Source of the DNA: Candidatus Margulisiibacteriota bacterium | Lineage (GTDB): Bacteria > Margulisbacteria > WOR-1 > O2-12-FULL-45-9 | DNA: 16,393 bases | Direction: 5' to 3' | Assembly (NCBI GenBank): GCA_043816785.1 | Contig: JBDRHP010000100.1 | Span: 1-16,393 of the forward strand | In this document: piece after piece, positions 7,997 through 16,393 of the stretch | Position numbering within the stretch: position 1 is the first letter of the stretch | Layout: each line of letters opens with the position of its first letter | Position numbers and translations under genes: made by a program | The notes under the pieces: model-generated | What the model was told of the DNA's origin: nothing | Databases searched by the model: none | The model's input: only the letters and a program-made list of their open reading frames with translations

Positions 7997-9214
7997 ATGA
8001 AACAAATCAAGCTAGCTCTTTTTCTACTATTGTTAATCTTCCTTGTTGCCAGCTGCGGTATTCTCAACCAAGGAACACCCACAGCCAAAAAGCAATGGAC
8101 CTTTATGTTATACCTGGATGGCGATGAAGTTTCCATGCAGCAGGATTTCAATGCCGCTTTAACGGAAATGATCAGCAATGAGGTTGGCAGCTCAGATGAT
8201 GTTAATGTTGTAATCCAGTATGACCGCTACTTTCTGACTGCCGAAGCCTTTGGCGGCTGGAGAATTGCGCACAGATTCTATTACACTCCGGGCCTGGGCC
8301 CCACGGCTGAAGCTGCCATCGCAGACTGGGGCGATGGCCTGGGCGGCGGCAGAGAAGTAGATACTTCGGATCCAGATACCCTGGCAGCGTTCATTAGCTG
8401 GGCCACGACCAATTATCCTGCGGACCACTACGCTTTGCTCCTGGGCGACCATGGCTATGGCTGGCAGGGACTAATCATTGACATGACCAGTGATGGAAAT
8501 TTTATGACCTTAATAGGAATGGTCAGGGCCTTGAGTAACTCGGGGGTACAACTTGACCTGCTGGCCTTGGATGCCTGTACTATGCAAATGAATGAAGTTA
8601 TGCATGAGCTGCGGAACTTGCCCATTGAAATCGTGGTCGGTTCTGAAAATTTAGGCACTACCTGGCCTCTTTCAGATATTATCCAAACTCTCACGAACAA
8701 CCCGGCCATAACTGCCGAAGCCCTGGGCACAGCAATTTGTGATCTTTATTTCAACGCCCACGCCTCAGATGACCAGATCACCCTCTCAACCATAAGATTG
8801 GCTGAAATCAATAATGTATCCAATGCAGTCCAGGACCTGGCCGAAACAATGCTGGCTAGCGCCCCTTTCACCTCGGTTCAGGCCAAAGCAGCCATAGTCA
8901 TGGACAGGATTGAAGCTGCCATGGTTTATGTTAAGAATGGAGCTAGCTGGGAATCCGCTGCCGGACTATCGATCTACTTCCCCGCCAATGAGGGAGGCAT
9001 GATCCCAGATATGTTTAACTATAACTATATTAATGAAATTACCAGTTTTGCCAAAGATACTTCGTGGCGTAATTTTCTTTACGTCTACTTTGACATGTAT
9101 GGGTATCAGGGAGTTATTCCCGGAGAAGTCTACCATGCCAGAATAGGCATGCCCCTCTTTGACGGGGACAAAATTGATCTTTACGATTTCTGCAAGCGCA
9201 TTGTTGAATATTAA
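7997..9214 (+). CDS. Clostripain-family (C11) cysteine peptidase lipoprotein, 405 aa
   Basis: Lipoprotein signal MKQIKLALFLLLLIFLVASC. Motifs WTFMLYLDGD and YPADHYALLLGDHGYGW (catalytic His), and LDACTM (catalytic Cys). Confidence 0.88.
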   Translation: MKQIKLALFLLLLIFLVASCGILNQGTPTAKKQWTFMLYLDGDEVSMQQDFNAALTEMISNEVGSSDDVNVVIQYDRYFLTAEAFGGWRIAHRFYYTPGLGPTAEAAIADWGDGLGGGREVDTSDPDTLAAFISWATTNYPADHYALLLGDHGYGWQGLIIDMTSDGNFMTLIGMVRALSNSGVQLDLLALDACTMQMNEVMHELRNLPIEIVVGSENLGTTWPLSDIIQTLTNNPAITAEALGTAICDLYFNAHASDDQITLSTIRLAEINNVSNAVQDLAETMLASAPFTSVQAKAAIVMDRIEAAMVYVKNGASWESAAGLSIYFPANEGGMIPDMFNYNYINEITSFAKDTSWRNFLYVYFDMYGYQGVIPGEVYHARIGMPLFDGDKIDLYDFCKRIVEY

Positions 9215-9224
9215 AGATACTGGT

Positions 9225-9944
9225 TTACTTTGATCTCATCCCCAAACCAGCCAGCAAATCTTGCCTTTCCTTGTTTGACAACAATCTATGCTGCCCAGGC
9301 TGTAGTTCGTTCAAAAGCAAATTAAGAATTCTCACCCTTTTCAACCTGATCACTTCATAACCAAAGTTATTTAACATTCGCCTGATCTGGCGGTTCTTGC
9401 CTTCGCGTAAAACAAAGCGGTAAGTCGTTCCTGTTAATTTTGTCACCTCAACCGGTTTTGTCTTCTCCCCCAGAATAACAATTCCTTTACTATATTTGTC
9501 CAGCACCTCCGCCGCGATCAGCTTATCAACCGCCACGCTATATTCTTTTTCGTGGTCAAATTTTGGTGAGGTCAAACGGTGGGCCACAACTCCATCATTA
9601 GTAAACAAAAGCAGGCCTTCAGAATCCTTATCAAGCCGGCCAACCGGTTTTAAGCCCCGGAACTCAGGCGGCAGCAGCCCGCGCGCCTCTTTTTCGCCCT
9701 TTTGCGGCAGGATAGTCACATAGCCAACTGGTTTATTTAGTAAAACATACTTAAATTTTTTTCGCTCCTGCTCTGCTTCCGGACACAGCTCAACAACGTC
9801 TTTTTCCGAATCAACCTTGGTCCCCAGCTCGGTCACCACCTGGCCATTGACCTTGATCCAGCCTTTTTGGATATATTCTTCAGTCTTGCGCCGTGAAGCC
9901 AGGCCTTTTTCAGAGCAATATTTTTGCAGTCTGATTTTGGACAT
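9225..9944 (-). CDS. rRNA pseudouridine synthase, RsuA/RluB/RluF family with S4 domain
   Basis: RLQKY..GLASRR S4 domain, LNKPVGY, catalytic GRLDKDSEGLLL and EGKNRQIRRM. Confidence 0.95.
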   Translation of the reverse strand: MSKIRLQKYCSEKGLASRRKTEEYIQKGWIKVNGQVVTELGTKVDSEKDVVELCPEAEQERKKFKYVLLNKPVGYVTILPQKGEKEARGLLPPEFRGLKPVGRLDKDSEGLLLFTNDGVVAHRLTSPKFDHEKEYSVAVDKLIAAEVLDKYSKGIVILGEKTKPVEVTKLTGTTYRFVLREGKNRQIRRMLNNFGYEVIRLKRVRILNLLLNELQPGQHRLLSNKERQDLLAGLGMRSK

Positions 9945-9953
9945 ATTAGGCTA

Positions 9954-9976
9954 ATTATAACATTTAATGCTATAAT
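9954..9976. promoter_or_regulatory. Back-to-back extended -10 promoters
   Basis: Minus TGTTATAAT (9962-9954) and plus TGCTATAAT (9968-9976) lie in a 38-bp intergenic gap. Confidence 0.7.
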
Positions 9977-9982
9977 AGAGGC

Positions 9983-11186
<1,204 letters not shown>

Positions 11187-11188
<2 letters not shown>

Positions 11189-11222
11189 AAACAAAGCGCC
11201 CGGGTTACCCCAGGCGCTTTTT
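11187..11222. terminator. Bidirectional intrinsic terminator between helicase and RRM gene 2
   Basis: Minus strand GCGCCTGGG-GTAA-CCCGGGCGC flanked by A and T tracts on both sides. Confidence 0.85.
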
Positions 11223-11242
11223 GCTTTAATTAAAGCAACTGA

Positions 11243-11551
11243 TTAGAAGCGGTCAAAATTTCTCTTGCCGCCGCCACCGCTGCCGCCGCGTCCGCCGCCG
11301 CCGCCAGAACCTTTTGGTCTAGCTTCGTTGACAGTTAAATCACGATCGCCCCATTTTTGGCCGTTCATGGCCGCAATGGCTTTTTCAGCATCAGCATCTT
11401 CCATATCAACAAATCCAAATCCGCGGGATTTTCCTGAGAACTTATCAGTTACAATCCTGGCAGACATGACATTGCCGAATTCCCCGAACTTGGACTTTAA
11501 CTCTTCGTCAGTTGCTGACCAAGGCAGGTTGCCTACAAATATGCTTTTCAT
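11243..11551 (-). CDS. RRM RNA-binding protein 2, glycine-rich tail, 102 aa
   Basis: RNP2 IFVGNL, RNP1 RGFGFVDM and a Gly-rich C-terminus. AAGGAG RBS at 11561-11566. Confidence 0.96.
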   Translation of the reverse strand: MKSIFVGNLPWSATDEELKSKFGEFGNVMSARIVTDKFSGKSRGFGFVDMEDADAEKAIAAMNGQKWGDRDLTVNEARPKGSGGGGGRGGSGGGGKRNFDRF

Positions 11552-11576
11552 ATATTATTTCTCCTTGATTTTTTTG

Positions 11577-11683
11577 TTCTGCGATTAACGGGATGTGAGG
11601 CCAATAGAGGCATCAGCATGATCAGGTTGCAGACTCCTTTGATCTCAATGTAACTAATGTAACATCTACCATTAACTTCGACC
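11577..11683 (-). ncRNA. Putative structured cis-regulatory 5' leader (copy 2)
   Basis: Same conserved blocks as 4277-4369. It begins 8 nt downstream of a TTTACT-N17-CATAAT promoter-like motif (11720-11692). Confidence 0.65.
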
Positions 11684-11823
11684 TTGTGTATATTATGATA
11701 CATTTATTAATAAAAGTAAAGGGTTATTTAAAATTTTGCCATCCCCTCCCAATAAACTATTTAATGAGAGCAAGAACACAACCCTCATCAATGCATGAGC
11801 CTTTCTATGCTATAATTAATGTT

Positions 11824-12885
11824 ATGAGAAAAATTTTGGTCATCAGTCTGACGGTTTTGCTCAGCTTTTCCACCTGTGCCTGGGCTGACCAATCCTCAGT
11901 GGGCGGTATGCCTTATGTTATTTATAATTCGACTTACGGCCTGGAATATGGTTTGATTGGCCGGGCAAAGAATTTCCTGGGCAGACATGAATCCTTGACC
12001 CTGGCATCCACACTGATTGAGAACGGCGGCAACGTCAACAATTTCACCCTTTCCTTTCCAGACCAGGACTTTCGCCACGGCAAAGTCTATTTACTCGCCG
12101 TTGATCTCGAAGGCTCCCTTGGAACTTACATATCCGAACGCTATTACGGATTGGGCCGCAATACGCCGGAAACAAACTATACAACATTCAACAATCAGCA
12201 CAGCCGGGTAAGCCTTAGCCTTTCCCGGGCATATCAGCATAACTTCGTACTCAATACCGCCCTCCTAATAGCCAGCAATTCATTCACCAATATCAAGCAA
12301 GGCACTAACCCCCTTACCCAGGAACTCCAGGATAATTGCCGGCAGTATTATGCCGGAAGCATCGGCTTAACACTTGATAATCGAGACAAGAGTATGGATC
12401 CGCATGCTGGCAATTATGTTTTAACTGATTTTGATTTCGGCATTGCCGCAGGCGGCAGCCCGGCAAAATATTCCAAGCTTACTGTTGACCTAAGGCGTTA
12501 TGACACGCCATTAAATAAAGATCAGGTCCTAGCTAGCCGCGTGATGCTGGCACAGATGACCGGCGATGTCATCCCCGTATATGAATATGCCTCTCTCGGC
12601 GGCCGCGATACCCTGCGCGGTTACAGCGTGAACCGTTTCCGAGATCGCTGCTCAGCCCTACTTAATCTGGAATACCGCTTTCCCATCTACTGGGTCTTCA
12701 GCGGCGCTGTTTTTTATGAGACAGGCAAGGTCACCCCTCTGTTTACTGATATTGGTTTAAATGATTGGGCATCAGATCTCGGCGCAGGCTTAAGGATCAA
12801 TTTCGGCAATGTGATCGTACGCGGGGATTTTGGCAGAAGCAGCGAAGGCACAAACGCCTATTTCTTTTATGATCAAGCTTTTTGA
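11824..12885 (+). CDS. Omp85/BamA-TamA family barrel-only outer membrane protein, 353 aa
   Basis: Signal peptide from ATG 11824 (MRKILVISL…AWA), LDNRD, LGGRDTLRGY (L6 motif), LEYRFPI, GAGLR and a terminal F. There is no room for POTRA domains. Confidence 0.88.
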   Translation: MRKILVISLTVLLSFSTCAWADQSSVGGMPYVIYNSTYGLEYGLIGRAKNFLGRHESLTLASTLIENGGNVNNFTLSFPDQDFRHGKVYLLAVDLEGSLGTYISERYYGLGRNTPETNYTTFNNQHSRVSLSLSRAYQHNFVLNTALLIASNSFTNIKQGTNPLTQELQDNCRQYYAGSIGLTLDNRDKSMDPHAGNYVLTDFDFGIAAGGSPAKYSKLTVDLRRYDTPLNKDQVLASRVMLAQMTGDVIPVYEYASLGGRDTLRGYSVNRFRDRCSALLNLEYRFPIYWVFSGAVFYETGKVTPLFTDIGLNDWASDLGAGLRINFGNVIVRGDFGRSSEGTNAYFFYDQAF

Positions 12886-12982
12886 GCCTCACACTAAACA
12901 TCCATGTTGACATGCAAGCCCTTGACCAGAGTAGCTGATCGCGCTCAGCAGCGCTTAAATGCTTTGGTAAATTAAATACAAA

Positions 12983-15925
12983 CTAATTTTCCTGGCCCAG
13001 CATTTTATTCAATATCTGCAGCGCATTCTCCTGCGTAAGCTTTTCGAGTCTATTGCGTTTCAACATTAACTCCCGCATAAAATTGTGGAACAACTGTGTG
13101 TCTTTGATCACAAAAGTGTTAAAGTCCGTAAGCAAAGCCCGCCGGATGCCGTCGAGCTTCTGCCAGTGCTTTTTTAATGTCTCATAGTGATGCGCGTATT
13201 TGCGGATCGTGACCACAAATTGATAAGTATCATACTGCAAGCCCATGATCTTCTGCATATTGATCTTGAGTTCGCCGCTTCTCTTGTAAGCAATCCCCTC
13301 ATCGATCAAGATCTTAATCTCATCATTGGCCAGCGGCACTTTTCTTAAAACTTTATTGGCAATGATCACATCCCTGGGTAATAAGGCTTCCTCGGAAGGG
13401 GTTAAACTCAAACTATAGTACAAACGATAAGCCGCCCGCTCCCTTGGTTGGATCAAGTCCGTTCGGGCCGGGTTCTGGGTAAAATCATAACAGATCTTAT
13501 AAAGATCAAAATTCTGGCTGTATTTAACACAATCATCTAAGGCATCGTGCGGCGCGGTTAAGACTTTTATCAGATCATTGACCAGCGAACGTTCCTCCAT
13601 TATCAGATCGCCGCTGGAGTGGATCAACTCTGGCCACGGGGTTTTTCCGTCCTGGGTGCTCTGAATGGCGTATTTGCCGAAAGGATGACTGCCCCACTTC
13701 ATCTCGATCACTTCGCCGCTGGGATTTTTTACCAGATCATAATAAGTGTATTCTCTTTCATCTGCCGGACGATCCAGGTCAGCGGCTACCATTGGGGACA
13801 TATCTTTCCAGTTGCCTTTCTGGTCCTGAAAAACCCATTTATCCTTAACCCGCTTGATCAGCCCGCCCATAGGAATGATCGTTGTGTCATGATAAATATT
13901 GGACACATAGTTTTCAACTTTCCTAAAGATGCGATAATCACCCGGCGTGGTTGGATAAGCCATGACTTGTTCAAAGATCGGCTGGCTATCCTTGTCCCGG
14001 CCCTGCAGCTGATAAAATTTTGCCTGCGGCCCGCCGCGGATACGCAAACGGGTAAAGGGCTTATCCTTCACATAGATGATCCAGTCGCCGGAATACGGAT
14101 AAACCGCGACTTGAACCTCCTTGGTTATGGCAAAGTTCTGTTTTAGTTTTTCCAGATCGTCTTGAAAATTAACCAGGTCAGCTAACCCGGGTATGGCGCT
14201 CAAGGCTTCCTCGCTAATGCGTTCCGTATATTTATAAACCTTCATCTGCGCGCCGACCGGCAAAAGGTCATAGAGAAAAACCGCGTTGCGCGGTGAGGCA
14301 TGCAAACAACCATGGCTCTTATAAAGATCGCCCAGGATCTCGTTGAGCAGGATGCCGAAGTTGTAATTGTTTAAACCATCCACCACATTCAAATTTAGCC
14401 CTTTACCCTCTCCCCGGGCCGCCTTTCTGATCCTCTCCAACATAATCGCCTGCTCCCTCTCAGTGAACAGCATTGTTTCATCATCCGGCTTAAAAAAACT
14501 GGAAAATGACAAATCTGTCAGATATTTTGCCTGCTTGGGCGGCGCAGCAGAGTTAAACTCCAAACGGTCATTTAACCAGCCTTCAACAATATTCTGCCGG
14601 TTCTCGAGTGAAAGCACACCCATTTGATCAAAGTCTTTGCGCAAAGCAACCCGCAGCTGCGCAAATTTTTCCCAATCATCCTTAACGCTTTCATACCAGC
14701 CAGCCTGCTTATCAATGACCAGGCTGTTAATTCTTAAATATTGATAAAGGCCTAAAGCCTTTTGTCTGGCAGTTTGATCGCGCGGCAAACGGTTTTCCTG
14801 GTATTCCTGAAAAGCTTTCACTAATCGCTCATCCAACAATTGCTGGTCTTGTGCTGTCAGGTCAAAACCATTAAACAATTTATAGCAGCTGTAAGCTGTC
14901 CTATCCCCCCGGCTGGGGATCTTATTACCTTTGGATTGTTTAAAATCGTAGAGCTCTTTATAAAAGGAATAATTATCGTTTTGTTTAACTACCGCATCAA
15001 GGTCATCGGTTGAGGCTAAAGTAAAAAGATGGACCAGGTCCTTGACCAAAATGATTTGCTCATAGACCAGCTCGCCCGCTGCATAACCCATTTCTGGATA
15101 ATGATTTTTGCCGTCTTTGGTCCAGAGCAGCACATATTTGCCAAAATCATGGCCAGCGTAGCGCGCGGCAACAACCTGGCCTTTCTGGTCAACATTAATA
15201 TCAAAATAATTGTAAATGCGCTGCTCATCTTTGCTGGCCAGATCAGCAATCACATTATCAGGCAGTTTGTACCACTTGCCATTCTTCTGGTATGACCAGC
15301 TGCCTTCGATCTTCTTGATCCAGGAGCCAAAAGGCACGATCGTATTCTTATAATAAGCGCTGCTAAGATAATGGTCCGTAACTCTTAAAACTTTATACGC
15401 GCCCGGATCAGTGGGCGTTGACAACATAAAATCCCAGGAGATGGCCCCATTCTTCCTAACATCATAGGCCATGAGAAAATTATACGGCGGCCCGGCCAGA
15501 GCTTTGACTTTGGCATAAGGATAGCCATTAACCATAATAAAAAGCAGATCAAGCGAAGGATAAAAGACTATTTCAGTCTTATAGCTCTTAAACATCTGCG
15601 CGTGTTTTGTGATGTCAGCCTGCGATTTAGTCATGTCGCTCAAATATTCGATCTTGTTAACTGGAAAGGACGGATCACCTTCTTTAAGTTCATATTTCTT
15701 GATTGTTAAAGGAATGCCCGGCGGGATAGTTTTATATAACAAATAGATATCCGTGGGCGTAAAGTGTAAACAGCCATGGCTGTCGTAAAGGTATCCCAGA
15801 GTCTTATCAAACCACTTGACCCAGTTGGTCGAATTAATGAGTTTTAGGCTTTCGTAGGTGTCTTCGGCCAGGCTGCCTGAAACCAGCAAAAGCAAACAGG
15901 TCAAAGCTAACAAAAACTTCTTCAT
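12983..15925 (-). CDS. Large secreted protein with two L,D-transpeptidase (YkuD)-like repeats in permuted order
   Basis: Signal peptide. Two SHGCLH motifs (15770-15781 and 14306-14317), two PTxPGxY motifs and LIHSSG, with a repeat period of 488 aa. Start at 15925 or 15931. Confidence 0.75.
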   Translation of the reverse strand: MKKFLLALTCLLLLVSGSLAEDTYESLKLINSTNWVKWFDKTLGYLYDSHGCLHFTPTDIYLLYKTIPPGIPLTIKKYELKEGDPSFPVNKIEYLSDMTKSQADITKHAQMFKSYKTEIVFYPSLDLLFIMVNGYPYAKVKALAGPPYNFLMAYDVRKNGAISWDFMLSTPTDPGAYKVLRVTDHYLSSAYYKNTIVPFGSWIKKIEGSWSYQKNGKWYKLPDNVIADLASKDEQRIYNYFDINVDQKGQVVAARYAGHDFGKYVLLWTKDGKNHYPEMGYAAGELVYEQIILVKDLVHLFTLASTDDLDAVVKQNDNYSFYKELYDFKQSKGNKIPSRGDRTAYSCYKLFNGFDLTAQDQQLLDERLVKAFQEYQENRLPRDQTARQKALGLYQYLRINSLVIDKQAGWYESVKDDWEKFAQLRVALRKDFDQMGVLSLENRQNIVEGWLNDRLEFNSAAPPKQAKYLTDLSFSSFFKPDDETMLFTEREQAIMLERIRKAARGEGKGLNLNVVDGLNNYNFGILLNEILGDLYKSHGCLHASPRNAVFLYDLLPVGAQMKVYKYTERISEEALSAIPGLADLVNFQDDLEKLKQNFAITKEVQVAVYPYSGDWIIYVKDKPFTRLRIRGGPQAKFYQLQGRDKDSQPIFEQVMAYPTTPGDYRIFRKVENYVSNIYHDTTIIPMGGLIKRVKDKWVFQDQKGNWKDMSPMVAADLDRPADEREYTYYDLVKNPSGEVIEMKWGSHPFGKYAIQSTQDGKTPWPELIHSSGDLIMEERSLVNDLIKVLTAPHDALDDCVKYSQNFDLYKICYDFTQNPARTDLIQPRERAAYRLYYSLSLTPSEEALLPRDVIIANKVLRKVPLANDEIKILIDEGIAYKRSGELKINMQKIMGLQYDTYQFVVTIRKYAHHYETLKKHWQKLDGIRRALLTDFNTFVIKDTQLFHNFMRELMLKRNRLEKLTQENALQILNKMLGQEN

Positions 15926-15993
15926 AGTCATAATTTTACAACTTTACTAGAGCAATTGCTATATGCTATACTTCGCCCACGGAGGTAAACATC

Positions 15994-16393
15994 ATGAAAT
16001 ACTATGTAAGCATATTCTTAGGTTTGTTCCTTATTATTGGTATTGCAGGCAACGTGGACGCGCAGACGAAAATCATCCGCAAGACAGTTAAAAAGGTGGT
16101 CAGCCCCCAGATCACGCCTGTTCAGCCGCCAAAAACAGAAGAGAATCCCGAAGTAATGCCTGAGGTCCCACCGCCACCAGCGCCACCAACTTGGGAAGTC
16201 CAGACTATTGAAAAAGATAAAGGCCTGCTTGGCTGGGGACTTAACACAGACCTGACTGGAACACTTTTATCCGGCAATGGATCGCTTATAGGCCTCGCTG
16301 GAAATATCATTTTTTCCGACCCCTGGCTTTTGGGAGAAAAGATCGGCTTAGCCGAAGACGCGGTTGAATACAAGCTTGGGCTGGGGTTCGGCC
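15994..16393 (+). CDS. Secreted hypothetical protein with Pro-rich linker, probable beta-barrel (3' end off window)
   Basis: GGAGG at 15981-15985 and TGCTATACT at 15964-15972. Hand translation: MKYYVSIFLGLFLIIGIAGNVDAQ…PEVPPPPAPPTW…GLLGWGLNTDL…VEYKLGLGFG, open to the window end. Confidence 0.8.
   Translation, partial: MKYYVSIFLGLFLIIGIAGNVDAQTKIIRKTVKKVVSPQITPVQPPKTEENPEVMPEVPPPPAPPTWEVQTIEKDKGLLGWGLNTDLTGTLLSGNGSLIGLAGNIIFSDPWLLGEKIGLAEDAVEYKLGLGFG

Noticed and set aside
11266..11305. GCC-rich low-complexity repeat
   Set aside because: It simply encodes the glycine-rich tail of RRM2.
11600..11645. Resemblance of the leader to fluoride riboswitch (GCUGAUG..CUA), hammerhead (CUGAUG) or SAM-I (GCAACC)
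   Set aside because: The required partner motifs (GAUGGAGUUC pairing, CUGAUGA plus GAAA, SAM-I core) are absent, and these words are not conserved in copy 1.
11686..11823. N-terminal extensions of the Omp85 ORF (and likewise 7919-7996 for clostripain)
   Set aside because: Signal peptides begin at the downstream ATGs (11824, 7997), each right after a -10 element.
12911..12935. CAAGCCCTTGACCAGA loosely recalling IS200/IS605 omega/HEARO RNA 5' region
   Set aside because: The match is too short, and there is no IscB/TnpB/TnpA gene or further matching structure nearby.

Overview
Chromosomal window from a diderm bacterium. The taxon is not determinable from the sequence; cyanobacteria-like RRM proteins and the Pro-rich secreted barrel proteins loosely suggest a Margulisbacteria/Saganbacteria-type lineage (inference only). 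From left to right it encodes: a TolC-MFP-MacB-type ABC efflux operon; an ECF sigma / anti-sigma / Spy-CpxP-like module with two matching ECF promoters; RRM RNA-binding protein 1; a secreted beta-strand protein; a damaged C_GCAxxG_C_C gene; an HEXXH metallopeptidase-propeller-Omp85-like protein divergent from a clostripain lipoprotein; an S4 pseudouridine synthase divergent from a DEAD-box helicase; RRM protein 2; a POTRA-less Omp85 barrel; a 980-aa protein with two L,D-transpeptidase-like repeats; and the start of a Pro-rich secreted protein. The most notable signals are three. (1) A conserved, apparently pseudoknotted RNA leader lies upstream of both RRM paralogs, with divergent stems but preserved pairing. 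(2) The L,D-transpeptidase-like protein is a circularly permuted tandem repeat in which only one repeat keeps the catalytic His. (3) About six genes appear leaderless. No CRISPR array, tRNA, rRNA or transposase was seen.
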